This document shows, piece by piece, positions 1-12,937 of a stretch of 64,000 nt of DNA (position 1 is its first letter; each line of letters begins with the position of its first letter). The stretch comes from Catajapyx aquilonaris (taxonomy: Eukaryota): positions 1 through 64,000 of the forward strand of contig KZ538512.1 in assembly GCA_000934665.2 (NCBI GenBank), given 5' to 3'. The notes beneath the pieces are model-generated. The model was not told the origin of the DNA, ran no database searches, and saw nothing but the letters and a program-made list of their open reading frames with translations. The translations under genes were made by a program, and so were the position numbers.

Positions 1-438
1 ACGCTCCAAATCATTAGCATAAGGTGTGTACAGGAATTTTGTGTAATTTTTGGTAACGAACCAAAGCTTTCGGATGACTCTGGTGAGTTACTGAAACAGA
101 AGCACACAGAGATCACCCTCCGACAATTTAAGCACACCAATCGAAAGAGGACATCAAGCTGCATCCAACAGACACACTTGAGAAGTGATCGAATGAATGG
201 CAATGCTTACAGAGGCGCCAAAAGCCGCACGTGTCCCCAGACACCAAAAGGCCTTTGGCGCGCACAGTTGAACGTATGAGCAGCTGGTGCCAAAGAACAG
301 CAACATTGGCCAATTTTAAGGTTGGCAATGTTTAGTAGTGATGTTGAGCATCCGATTGGTGTGATCAAATGCGGTATTCAACGAAAAAAATAATCGTCGC
401 TTCATGTCCGCTCTATCGCAAAAATGCCGATATCCCAC

Positions 439-2001
439 CTAGGCAGTTTCGTGGTCCATGTCCGAAAGGCTGGTAGACGTAAGGATTCCTCTTGGCCTTC
501 TCTTCTGGACTGAATCTCTCTGGGTCGAACTTTGTAGGATTTGGGAAGTATTTCTCGTCACGATGAATGGCGAAGGTGGGGAACGAAACCATTGTGCCCT
601 TTTCGATCGTAACGTCAGTTCCTGGGATAGGATAGTCTTTAGTGCATGTCCGCATCAACCTGGGTATCGGAGCGTGAAGCCGAAGTGCCTCTGAAATTCA
701 TAGAATTATTAAAAACGCCATTTTGATTGCATGAAATTATACGAACCATGGATGATTTTGTCCATGTACTCCATTTCCATGATGCAATCGTAACTCAATT
801 TTCCGCCGTGTTTCTCCAGGACTTCTGTCACCTCATCGAAGAGTTTGTCTTGGATGTCAGGATTTAAGGCCAGCTCATAAGCTACAAAACTGAGTGTATT
901 TGCTGTGGTTTCAAAACACGCAATGAAGAATATGATAGCCTGAGCGATAATGAGAGGCTCAGTCAGCACTGTAAATAGAAGTGAAAAATATAGGTATACA
1001 CATGTAAGATAGTGTACCGAATGATATGGTATGTTCATACCTGCTTTGGAAAGTGCTTTCCGTTCTTCCGCAGTTTTTTCGTCAGTACTGGCATCATATC
1101 CCAAAAAATTATCAGATTCCCCTTCATCTTGCAAATCACCCTTCTTGGCATCTAGAAGCAGCTGGAGGAAGTCCTTGTCCTTGTGACTGCTGCTTTTCTC
1201 CCTCTCTGCCATTGTCTCTTTCACCACTTTGCCAAAGAAATGCAGTGGTTCCAGATTTGCAGGAATGGGCAAAAACATTCTCAGGAACCGGATGAACCGT
1301 GGAAAAAGGAGGGTAAACAATCCTACGATGAACATCTTGGGTGGAGGATTCATCATCTGATTGGCCATTTTGGGAAAGATAGCTTCCGGATCCTCCAGTG
1401 AGTTGCACTTGACTCCAAAAGCTGTGCTGGCGATGACATCCATTGTGAACCGACCGTAAGCATCTTTGAACTCCAGCTCCTCTCCATTCCTGGCCTTAGT
1501 TTCAAAGTACTCAACCAGCTGGTCTCCACACTCGCACACTCCCTGGAATATCCTCTTCATCTTGCCCGAAGTGAAGGTCGGGGTCATCACATTCCTCACG
1601 TCCTTCCACTGCTGTCCGGATAAATTGCTCACCATAAGGTTGACGTACTCCGCCTTCTTCCCGAAGTCAAAGTTCATCCGGTCCACAAAATGGTCAAAGT
1701 CTCGGACGAATATGTTCTTGAACATCTCCGTATCAAAGACGAAAAGATTGGGCGCGAAGGAAAATTCAACCACCCCTCCGAACTTCTTCCCTCGGAAGTG
1801 CTTGTAAATGTCCATTTCCACATCGCCCAAGGACTTGGTGACAAAGATGGAGCGAAGGAAGCTGGTCCAGAACTCGATCGGAGACCAGTCCGGAACACCT
1901 CTGATCTTCCAGTGCCGATATCCTCGGATGAAGTAATACGCCGCAAATGCGAACAAAATTGCTGTCGGTACCAACACGATGTACAGGAGGTACTGCCACA
2001 T
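439..2001 (-). CDS. Cytochrome P450 gene 1 (clan 3-like, lineage A); exons 1-3 only, exon 4 not in window
   Basis: Exons 2001-1041, 968-747, 690-439 with GT-AG introns. Has N-terminal TM anchor, WKDVR, EALR, PERF and [10 protein letters not shown]. The I-helix reads ACFETT. Near-identical to gene 2, but intron 3 diverges into unrelated sequence at about 430. Confidence 0.9.
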
Positions 2002-3663
2002 CCTGAGGCCGTCACGAGAATGGTCTGCTTGTGCCTGGCCTTCCCAGCTTGAATCGGATGTTTTTATGCGCAAGGCCGATCCTTGACTGTGGTTGGCTGA
2101 TGGATGTAGCTAGATGCTCGTGTGTGGTGTGGTGGACGGGAGGAGAGGGGCTACATAGTTGTTCCACTCACGTTCATGTGACTAACCCGGCCTTCATTTT
2201 TTTTTTTCATTCAAAGAAGTATAGCTGACGTAATATTGAGAGAGATTACCATTCTGCGCGTGGGGTTATGACAGCTTAAATTATTGCTTATACCTGACAG
2301 ATTGTCGAGTTGTTGTGTCATTCTAAAGTGGCACTGTATACGAATTATCCTGAAATTATGTCGTGAAATTATGCATCGTGTGAAAACAATGCTATATGTA
2401 TAGAAAACAAGGCCAATATTTCAATTCATTCACTCTTACGTCTCTTGGCTATCATAAGTTTGGACTTTGAAACAAGCGTGAAACTATCTCAGATCAGTGT
2501 TGTACCGACAAGTTATAGTAATGACTTCAATGTTTCTTTTGCTGCTGTCCCATGTATAAGACATTTATGACCTACCGGACGGTGCTCGACATGGCACACT
2601 CCTATCTTGCATCCCCCTATCTTTGGAATAATCTAATCACACAATTGGTGAATCTCAGTTACGACATGTGATCAAAGTGCTGTGGCTCACATGATCCCAT
2701 ACCTAAACGAAAATCGACGTTACGCTCGTCTAGGCACCTTGAGGTTCAACTGGAAAAAAAACATTAAATATTCTTAAATATATACACATGCTGTTTACCA
2801 CCATTACTCATCATCCAAGATGATACTGCGTAAAATAAAATTTTCCCCTATTACTGAACGCACAGTAAAAAATTAAGGGTATGCATGGTGTTTCCCCAAA
2901 TGATGGACACTGCGTAATACCTCGAATTACATGTGTTGGTTATCAGTCTTATCACTCTCTTATCAGGAAATCGTCAATTTGTAATCGCAAAAAATCGTAC
3001 GTACCGGTATCGGTTGCTGGTGATAGTGAACTGTTCGGGGTTAAACACACCATACTTGAGTTTCCCCTCTATTTTTGCAAGTGTTTATATGACGCGTATG
3101 GATGAGTGCCTCCCACTAGACATCACGTGCGCATTTGCTAGGATGCCAGTTTTTCTTCTTTTTAAGGAGTGAATTATGGCTTCCAATAGATGGCTAGTAT
3201 TGCAGCCTTAAAATAGCCTCAAGTCAACAGTTTGCTGCCACATGTTGCCGTCAGAGAAAGGAAGACAGGTTCTCATGAAGGAAATATCTCACGTGATGTA
3301 GAGAACTTGCAAAAAGCCTACACGACTGCCCTTTCAAACAAATATTTGGTTCTGCAGGGACAGCGAGGGAGAACAGGAAGGGACTAGTTGAGGGTATAAT
3401 TATGTGAACCTGACGTCAATGTGTGGGTTACAGTATAAGATTTTTGTGATAAAAAGCCTAGTAAAGAGCCCTTCCGTTCCAGCCTTGTTAGTGTGGGTGC
3501 CTGTTCTGAATACATATCGCCAGTGAAAATGTTATGTAACAAGGGCTCTAATGCCTTTACTATGCTCTTGTGCGATATTTATAAAGTGTATTAACCTACG
3601 GGATATTGCAGCCACACTGCAAGTGGCAATGCAAGTTGCAGTCTATTGAACAGTATAATATTA

Positions 3664-4037
3664 TCTATATAAATAAAGACGTTTGTGAGTCTGTCTTTCT
3701 GCCTGTCTGTCTGTCCGCCTGCTAACCGTCACTTGCCTCCCATCTGTGGTCCAGGTGGGAAGGACGGGGAGGGGTTGCAGCTGAGGTGAGATTAGAGTAC
3801 ATCCAGTGTGTCAACAGGTGGGGGGAGGGAGCGCCGGAGAGATGCTATTGTTCTCCGGCGGCTTAATGAGGAGCAGATGGACAAGGTGGCACGTGCAAAA
3901 GTCGACTTTTTGCCAAGTCCAAAACGGCTGGGAAAACTGTCACGGCAGCTCCTGTGCGTGACAATTTTGACGGGGCTACTGGCAGGTGTTTTCCCTTCAT
4001 TCATTTCTTCCCAGGCAACGCCGGGTGCCGCATCTAG
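3664..4037 (+). mobile_element. Non-autonomous Helitron
   Basis: 5' TC(TATATAAATAAAG), a (CTGT)n tract, subterminal hairpin cccaggcaacgccggg and 3' CTAG. Inserted between A (3663) and T (4038) with no TSD. Confidence 0.8.
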
Positions 4038-4447
4038 TTATCTAATAAAATCATCTTCGGGCATGTAATTTTTATAGGTTAAAATCTATAGTTTTCAAAA
4101 CATTAAATTCTCTTTGTACAGTATATTGTCAAAAAGCAGAACTTTCATGCGTTGATGGAGCTGCTCTTTTATGGAAAACTTCATTATATACATTCTGTAG
4201 AGGGGACAACAAAAATCCTAATACATTTATAGTACAAATGTACAGTACCATATTTCGAGGTTGGGGGACGGCGTTAATATTACGTATTTAGAGTCCGTAA
4301 AATACTGAGCAGTTTATGTTGCGACTTAATCCAAGTTCAAAAAACTTGTGGTAATCATGAACATTGCACTTCTCCTCTGCTAATAACACCGGGACGAAAG
4401 GGTAAAAAGGCACAAGCTGTAACTGAGTTTGTGTTTAAAGGACTGCA

Positions 4448-6297
4448 TTATTTGTTTCTTTTCTCCAACTTGAGCCACACTCCATTTTTGGCACGTATCA
4501 ACTGAGCAGCCAGCGCGTACTTCATGGGAATGTCTGTCTTTTCGGATGGCTGGAATCTAAAGTTCAGGACTGTCATCGCCAGACCAACTTTGGCTTCCAT
4601 CATTGCGAAACGCATCCCTGGAAAAATAGAGAGATGTATATTTTTTTTTGCAGGTTACCTTTACAAGAAGGCCATCATCAGTAAACCATTTTCATGCGAT
4701 GAATTTGAAGAGCGGCACATATTATATCCCACCTAGGCAGTTTCGTGGTCCATGTCCGAAAGGCTGGTAGACGTAAGGATTCCTCTTGGCCTTCTCTTCT
4801 GGACTGAATCTCTCTGGGTCGAACTTTGTAGGATTTGGGTAGTATTTCTCGTCACGATGAATGGCGAAGGTGGGGAACACAACCATTGTGCCCTTTTCGA
4901 TCGTGACGTCAGTTCCTGGGATAGGATAGTCTTTGGTGCATGTCCGCATCAACCTGGGTATCGGAGCGTGAAGCCGAAGTGCCTCTGAAATTCATAGAAT
5001 TATTAAAAACGGCATTTTCATTGCATGAAATTATACAAACCATGGATGATTTTGTCCATGTACTCCATTTCCATAATGCAATCGTAGTTCAATTTTCCGC
5101 CGTGTTTCTCTAGTACTTCTGTCACCTCATCGAAGAGTTTGTCTTGGATATCAGGATTTAAGGCCAGCTCATAAGCTACAAAACTTAGTGTATTTGCTGT
5201 GGTTTCAAAACCCGCAATGAAGAATATGATAGCCTGAGCGATAATGAGAGGCTCAGTCAGCACTGTAAATAAAAGTGAAAAATATAGGTATACACATGCA
5301 TAAGATAGTGCACCGAATGATATGGTATGTTCATACCTGCTTTGGAAAGTGCTTTCCGTTCTTCCGCAGTTTTTTCGTCAGTACTGGCATCATATCCCAA
5401 AAAATTATCAGATTCCCCTTCATCTTGCAAATCACCCTTCTTGGCATCTAGAAGCAGCTGGAGGAAGTCCTTGCCCTTGTGACTGCTGCTTTTCTCCCTC
5501 TCTGCCATTGTCTCTTTCACCACTTTGCCAAAGAAATGCAGTGGTTCCAGATTTGCAGGAATGGGCAAAAACATTCTCAGGAACCGCATGAACCGTGGAA
5601 AAAGGAGGGTAAACAATCCTACGATGAACATCTTGGGTGGAGGATTCATCATCTGACCGGCCATTTTGGGAAAGATAGCTTCCGGATCCTCCAGTGAGTT
5701 GCACTTGACTCCAAAAGCTGTGCTGGCGATGACATCCATTGTGAACCGACCGTAAGCATCTTTGAACTCCAGCTCCTCTTCATTCCTGGCCTTAGTGTCA
5801 AAGTACTCAACCAGCTGGTCTCCACACTCGCACACTCCCTGGAATATCCTCTTCATCTTGCCCGAAGTGAAGGTCGGGGTCATCACATTCCTCACGTCCT
5901 TCCACTGCTGTCCGGATAAATTGCTCACCATCAGGTTTATGTACTCCGCCTTCTTCCCGAAGTCAAAGTTCATCCGGTCCACAAAATGGTCAAAGTCTCG
6001 GACGAATATGTTCTTGAACAGCTCCGTATCAAAGACGAAAAGATTGGGCGCGAAGGAAAATTCAACCACCCCTCCGAACTTCTTCCCTCGGAAGTGCTTG
6101 TAAATGTCCATTTCCACACCGCCCAAGGACTTGGTGACAAAGATGGAGCGAAGGAAGCTGGTCCAGAACTCGATCGGAGACCAGTCCGGAACACCTCTGA
6201 TCTTCCAGTGCCGATATCCTCGGATGAAGTAATACGCCGCAAATGCGAACAAAATTACTGTCGGTACCAACACGATGTACAGGAGGTACTGCCACAT
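4448..6297 (-). CDS. Cytochrome P450 gene 2 (lineage A), about 534 aa
   Basis: Exons 6297-5337, 5262-5041, 4984-4733, 4617-4448 splice in frame. Motifs [31 protein letters not shown] stop. Confidence 0.96.
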
Positions 6298-8242
6298 CCT
6301 GAGGTTGTCACGAGAATGGTCTGCTTGTGCCTGGCCTTCCCAGCTTGAGTCGGATGTTTTTATGCGCAAGGCCGATCCTTGACTGTGGTTGGCTGATGGA
6401 TGTAGAGATACTCGTGTGTGGTGTGGTGGACGGGAGGAGAGGGGCTACATAGTTGTTCCACTCACGTTCATGTGACTAACCCGGCATTCATTTTTTGTTT
6501 TCCTTCAAAGAAGTATAGCTGACGTAATATTGAGAGAAATTACCATTCTGCGCGTGTGGTTATGACAGCTTAAATTATTGCTTATACCTGACAGATTGTC
6601 GAGTTGTTGAGTCATTCTAAAGTGGCACTGTATACGAATTATCCTGAAATTATGGCGTGAAATTAATTCATCGTGTGAAAACAATGCTATGTATAGAAAA
6701 CAAGGCCAATATTTCAATTCATTCACTCTTGCGTATAGGCTGTGCTAGTAAGATTTTGGCACCTCTCTTGGCTGTCATAAGTTTGGACTTTGAAACAAGC
6801 GTGAAACTATCTCCGATCAGTATTGTACCGACAAGTTATAGTAATGACTTCAATGTTTCCCTTGCTGCTGTCCCATATATAAGACATTTATGACCTACCG
6901 GACGGTGCTCGACATGGCACACTCCTATCTTGCATCCCCTTATCTTTGGAATAATCTAATCACACAATTGGTGAATCCCAGTTTCGACATGATGTTACGG
7001 ATCAAAGTGCTGTCCCGGCTCACATGATGCTATAGTGAAACGAAAATCGACGTCATGCTCGTCTAGGCACCTTGAGGTTCAACTGAAAAAACAACAATTA
7101 ATTCTGCAATATACACATGCTGTTTACCACCATTACTCATCATCCAAGAAGATACTGTATACAATAAATCTTTCCCCTATTGCTGAACGCACAGCAATAA
7201 AATTAAGGGTATGCTAATGGCAAAATAATATATATTAAAAACTACTGACATCGTAATTGAAACACATGATGGGGACAGTGTAATCATGTGACTGAGAGTA
7301 ACTACAGTATTATCAGTAGATGATTATTGTTGCTTCGCAATTCTGGAGAAGTGTCTCTCATCAGTTGTTTGTGTTATTTCATGACCACGTATAACAGTAC
7401 TCGTATACAGTATACAGTAACTCGTGCTTGAATCTGAACTCCCCTGTGAATCGAGTTAGGTGTTTAAGGTGTGATATCTAACAAGTCAGTTTCACCTTCA
7501 CCTAGCTTGTAATGAATCATGCCGCTTCTTATTATTTGGACCAATAATTTCTCGTTTTGCTGCGCATTGGAATATAATGTGTTATGCAATCGGCATCGTG
7601 CTTACTCTTTTTGGAAGAGTGCGAGTGGTCCAAGTGGAAGTTGCCATGCAGCCTCTGCCTACAAAAGCAAGCAACAGCTGTGAGCAGTGATGTTGGCTGC
7701 ATGTTACAATTATTCAATCTAATGTTTAACGGAATGGTTTTTTTCCCTCAAAACAAATAACACGACTCTTGAATACAGTGGAAATCTCTGACATTATCCT
7801 CAGGTAGAAAAGTGAACGTGTGAGTCACATTTCACAGTTACTTTATAATGATTACAATTCATTACAGGTCAGTTATTTTATTTCGGTCAGGAAGCAAATG
7901 AGATCAGCAATGCCAAGATTCACAATATACTGTATATAAGCACATATCTACTACAAAAAATATATGCATGTGAAAATAAATGATTCCTTGAATTACAGTC
8001 ACATTTGAGTTTGAAATGAGTTAGGCATTTTGTACTGTACTCCGCGACAGTACTGTGCTGATGGTCAAGCTAGTTTAAATATAAAATATATATCAATATT
8101 ATTACCCTCTTCTAGAGAAATTCGTGAAACTAAATGATCCCATTACGAGAAATGGAATCTTAATCATCAAACAAAGACCTAATGAAATCAGTCAGATACG
8201 GCTGTGATCTCTCTTCATCCCAGGTGGTCAAATGAGGCAAGC

Positions 8243-11200
8243 CTATTCCCTCTTCTCGACGTGAAGCCAGACTCCATTTCTGGCGCGACTGAGGGGGGAA
8301 GAAAGTGCATACGTCAGAGGAATCTCTGTCTTCTGAGATGGCCGGAAGCGGAAATGAAGTATGGTCATGGCCATCGCAGCTTTTGCTTCCATCAGTGCAA
8401 ATCTCATTCCTGAAAAGGGAAGAAAAAGGGAAATTCGGATATATTAGCGTACAATGTATAGCTTGTAGTTATGTACTGTATGGGATGCTGGATACGATCA
8501 GGAAATAGGTTGACCTTTGCATTGCCGTGTATTATTGTTACGTTCAAGTTACATTAAGGACCAAACCATGTGAAATACAAAGCCAATGAAAAGAACAGTT
8601 TGGAAATCTAGCAGGTTCTGTAGGGCGCAAGCTATTTGACTGCAGAATTTTGTAAGTTATCTAAAGTCCGCAAAGTTTGACAAAGTTTCTCTTCGCACTT
8701 GGCCTGGGCAGTACAGTACGCCCATGTTTACCTTTTTGCTTTATTTACATGTATGTCCATGCATATTTGTTTTTGTAACAGCTTACCGACGCAGTTTCGT
8801 GGCCCGTGTCCGAATGGCTGGTAGACATAGGGACTTCTCTTGGCCTTTTCTTCGTGGCTGAATCTCTCGGGGTCAAACTTCTTCGGATTTGGGAAGTACT
8901 GCTCGTCCAGATGTAGACCGTATTCAGGAATTGACACGAGCATACCCTTCTGAATTACTCTATCCGTTCCAGGGATGTGGTAGTCTTTGTTGCACATCCT
9001 TAAGTGCCTGAATAAAGCAGGGTGTATTCGAAGAGTCTCTGAAAGAAAATGTAATTGCAATTTCTCAATCATGTAAAGAACTAGCAATACACGACGTGCA
9101 GGAGAGTTAGTTTAAGGGCAACAGCGCAATAATAATTTTTGTGCCCTTTACCACAGATTACGCACCCTGAATAATTTTGTCAAGCAGATCCATCTCCATG
9201 ATGCCGTCGTAAGTGAGCTGACCTTTGTGCCGAGATACCACCTCCTCAACTTCCTCATGTAATTTCTCCTGCACTTCCGGGTTGAGGGCCAATTCGTAGT
9301 TAATGTAAGACAGGGTGTTGGCAGTAGTTTCGTAGCCAGCAACGAAGAACATTATGCATTGGGCAATGAGCAAAGACTCGTTCAAAACTGAAAGAGAGGA
9401 AGTAATTTTTTATGACAAGCACAAAATACTATTGCACAATCATCACGAGGTTTCTTGAAAAGAAACGGCATAATTATCATCATTGCTTTTTATTCAGCGC
9501 CAGTGATGTGTCATAACCGAACATAATGAGCTTATACCAAATAATGTTGTTCAAACTGCAAAATTACTGCTACCGGAAGAGTTCACGGGCAAATCATGTT
9601 ACCTTGAATTTAAAATATTGTGAGTTCAGTTGGCATTAATACAAATCACACTTACATTTACGTAGCAATAGAAAAATAATTCTGCCGACAATTTGTATGC
9701 TTGGCTTGGTTGGAACTATTTTCGTATTCCAACAAAACCTTTTATTGGCACATCCAAAACCTAATAATGCAAGCAACAAATCCCTGTACATTATGAGTGC
9801 AAATGATAGGCTACTCGTAATGATCCTTCAAAGTAACCCTATGCAAATGTAACTGCTGAAAATAACGGGGAGGCGTGGTGGCCGAATTGGTAACGACTCG
9901 GCTTGCTGAGCGGAATGTCCCGGGTTCGATCCCCGCCCGGGAGCTCCCTTTCGCCTGCGCCTTGGAGGCGTCTGGCAACCTAACCTCCTGGGGGATTGCA
10001 AATGGTCCAAAGGTCTTTAAGACATTGCACTCCTCCCCAAAAATCCCCATCCCTGCCTCATGTCCTTTCTTCCATGCACGGAGTTCGAAGAAAGATATAC
10101 AAAAAAGTGATTGAAAAATGGTAGTGTTAAGGCTGGTATCGACGTGCGAGTTCCTCTGTATGCGAGCCCTCTTACGCGAGAAATCTTGTACGTCGAGACG
10201 GACTCTTTGTCGCCTCAGGGCCCCTCTTGTCCCTCGAAAAGGGGATTAAAGTTGAAAATTTTAAACTTTTCCTCGTTCATCGGATCCGGACAAGCGCAGT
10301 TGGCTCCTCGTATGCGAGAAATCTTGTACGTGGATACCGGCCTTTACACCCCCCTAAAAGAGCGCTGTCCTCTCTCAACGCGGTAAATAAAATAAAAATA
10401 AAATGTAACTGCTGACAATAAGTAGTTTATAGTGCCAACAAATAGCGCAGCAAATCGGACAAGCATTTTGGATCACCCTGTATACAGCATATTTACTGAA
10501 AAATCATACCTGATTGGGAGAATTCTTTCCGTTCTTCCCTCGATTTATGGTCAGTTGCTGAATAATTGTAACCTATCAGGTGATCCGACTCTGCCTCTTC
10601 CTCTAACTGTCCCTTTCTGGCGTCCAAAAGTAATTGAAGGAAGTCGTTTCCTTTGATTCCAGTTTTCTCTCGCTCTGCAATAGTCTCTTTCACTACATCG
10701 GCAAAGAAGTTCATAGCCTCCTCGTTGTTGGGCGGAGGAAATCCAATTGCGCGTATAAATTTGGCGAATCTAGGAAAAAGAAACGCCACGACCGTCATAA
10801 GCAATGTGCTGGCTCCTGGAAACATAAGCTTTCTGGCCATCCTGGGAAACAGGGCGTCCTTCTCCTGGAACGAATTGCACCTGACTCCAAAGGCAGATGT
10901 TGCGATCACGTCCATTGTGAACCTCCCGTAAGCATCTTTGATCTCAAATTCATCACCCTTCGCGGCAATGCTCTCAAAAAATGCCTTCAGCTCCTTGCCA
11001 CAGTCGCAAAAGGATGGAAAAATCCTCTTAATTTTTCCGGAAGTAAATGCAGGGGTCAAAACATTTCTGACGTCCTTCCAATGCTGCCCTGATAGGTTGC
11101 TCAATGCCAGGTTCATGTACTTCATATTTTCTCCTTGGTCGAAAAGAAACCGGTCCACAAAGTGATCGAAATCTTTCACAAAAACATGCCTCATCAGTTC

Positions 11201-11473
11201 AGGGTCTAGAATCCACACGTTGGGTCCGAGCATATCAATAACTCCTGCGAATTTCTTCCCGGACAGTTCCTTGTAGACTGCCAGATCGGCATCTCCGTTG
11301 GACTTGGTCACAAATATGGAGTGCAAGAAACGTTTCCAGAAGAAACTTACTGGCAGCGACTCCGGGAATCCTTTCCTTTCCCAGTAGCCTCGTAACCACA
11401 GATATACTCCGGTCACCAGGAAGAACAGTCCCACAACAGGGATGAGAAAGAGATACACTAGTAGGCACCACAT
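8243..11473 (-). CDS. Cytochrome P450 gene 3 (lineage B), about 534 aa
   Basis: Exons 11473-10510, 9387-9166, 9038-8787, 8409-8243. Motifs [28 protein letters not shown]. Intron 1 is enlarged by transposable elements. Confidence 0.95.
9866..10400 (+). mobile_element. tRNA-derived SINE in gene 3 intron 1
   Basis: A-box TGGCCGAATTGG, B-box GGTTCGATCCC and (TAAAA)n tail. TSD of about 21 bp, aaatgtaactgctga(a/c)aataa, at 9845 and 10401. Empty site in gene 5 intron 1 (about 19090-19115). Confidence 0.88.
10130..10343. mobile_element. PIF/Harbinger-like MITE nested in the SINE
   Basis: Imperfect TIRs of about 37 bp (aggctggtatcgacgtgcgag / cttgtacgtggataccggcct) flanked by TTA on both sides. Confidence 0.7.
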
Positions 11474-11905
11474 CGTGGAGACACTAGACACAGTCCATCC
11501 CCGGAGATGTCTGAAAGCTAACTAGGAAGGCCGCTGTGTTATCTACCACCTTGTTACGTCAAGGCAGTGCAATATCGCCCAGTGATGTCTTCACAATCAT
11601 ATGATGTAGCTCGGTAATGATACCGCTGAAAACCGGTTTCTAATATTCGACAGATTTAATTAATATAAAGTACCGTCGCATGTAATTGTATGGCTAATTG
11701 CATTAGGTCAATTAGATACGCAGCATTAAAGTAATGAGGATTACATGAACTCATTTAACAAATAATACTCGAATTTGCCTTAATAATACCTGTTTGTGGC
11801 TCACTGTATACCATAGCGGCCTAGCCTATATGATGTAACAGCCAGATTATACTTCATTAGTAATCTCCTAACTATGGCTGCAATGCAAAATGTGACAGTT
11901 TATAC

Positions 11906-12390
11906 CCAAATAATATTTTGGTCCATGTCCAAAACGCACGTACAAACATGTGGATGTTTTTCCATTTGTTTTTGACGATAACATAACAGTTTTCACTTGT
12001 ATTTGTTTTTTTTCTTCTTCAAACGTTTGTAAACGATTGCAAATACATGACGGNNNNNNNNNNNNNNNNNNNNNNCCCCCCCCCCCCCAAACGATCCAAT
12101 GTCGGAGAGCGGGGTATTAAAATAAAATAAAATAAAAAATAACATATGGATGTTTCTTATATGGATGTTTCTTGACTCTTTAATCTTTGGATCCATGCCT
12201 CATAGTCAAACTTCGTGGGATAGGGAAATACTTGTTTTCTTTATGATTATTTTTAAACTATGGAATTCATCCAAGCATATTCATATGGATAACTTCTTGC
12301 TTTGTACCCGTTACTATAGGTAACCCTTGACACAAGCCTGACGTATGAACAAAAGACAATGAATTGGAGGCCTTCTAGAGTTCACAAAAT
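11906..12390 (-). pseudogene. Degenerate P450 exon-3 remnant, copy 1
   Basis: Minus strand reads ...KYFPIP..KFD... and YVRFGHGPKYYLG followed by a GT donor. The heme Cys is lost. Interrupted by an insertion and the N gap. Confidence 0.7.
12054..12075. other. Assembly gap (22 N) next to a poly-C run and a SINE-like 3' tail
   Basis: N run followed by ccccc...gcggggtattaaaataaaataaaa. Confidence 0.95.
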
Positions 12391-12937
12391 ATAATGTTTT
12401 TTTTAAAATCATAATAGTAACTCTATACTCTGAAAGGTCACACTTTTAGTAAAGCTTTGTCACTACGGGTGGGAGATAAGATTTTTAAAAACTTATCTTG
12501 TAGGCCTACAGTATATCTATGTCGAGATTGTTGCAGTACTCTACTCCAGGTAGGAGACCGACATGCCAAAATTACAAAGTATTCTGACATGAACTGAGGA
12601 CAATTAATTAAGTAGGCGGAATTAGGATTTTGGATATTTACTGCGTCGTTATTGAAGTGCATTAGCGTTTTTATCAGCAAAACTGTCTTCTGTTGGAAAC
12701 TGTAGGCTGGGGGTTTGGACAGGGTTTTTTGACCTTAAAAACGTGTCAGAAATTATGTAATTATTGTCCAACTATTGCATACAAGGCTTCACAGCTTTAT
12801 TTCCTGATTGGTGGCATTGAAAATCAATATTTCAAAACTTTAATAAAATGATAACTTTCTCAAAGTATAGACTTGAACCAATCGCTTGCGCTACCAGTCT
12901 GGCAATTTCGTAATAACTATTATGTTAAAGGACGGCA

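Noticed and set aside
969..1040. The 454-aa ORF 709-2073 reading through as a single exon
   Set aside because: The 72-nt intron 1 is in frame and stop-free by chance. It has GT-AG ends, and the gene 2 equivalent is 74 nt. The same applies to the 75-nt intron 3 of gene 8.
2002..2073. N-terminal extensions before MW/MLW (genes 1, 2, 3, 9, 14)
   Set aside because: They start at non-ATG codons in the ORF track. The conserved ATG directly precedes the membrane anchor.
9867..9950. Possible tRNA genes here and at 21263 and 28126
   Set aside because: A and B boxes are present, but the cloverleaf is poor and each is followed by a SINE body and tail, with clear TSDs at 9866 and 28126.
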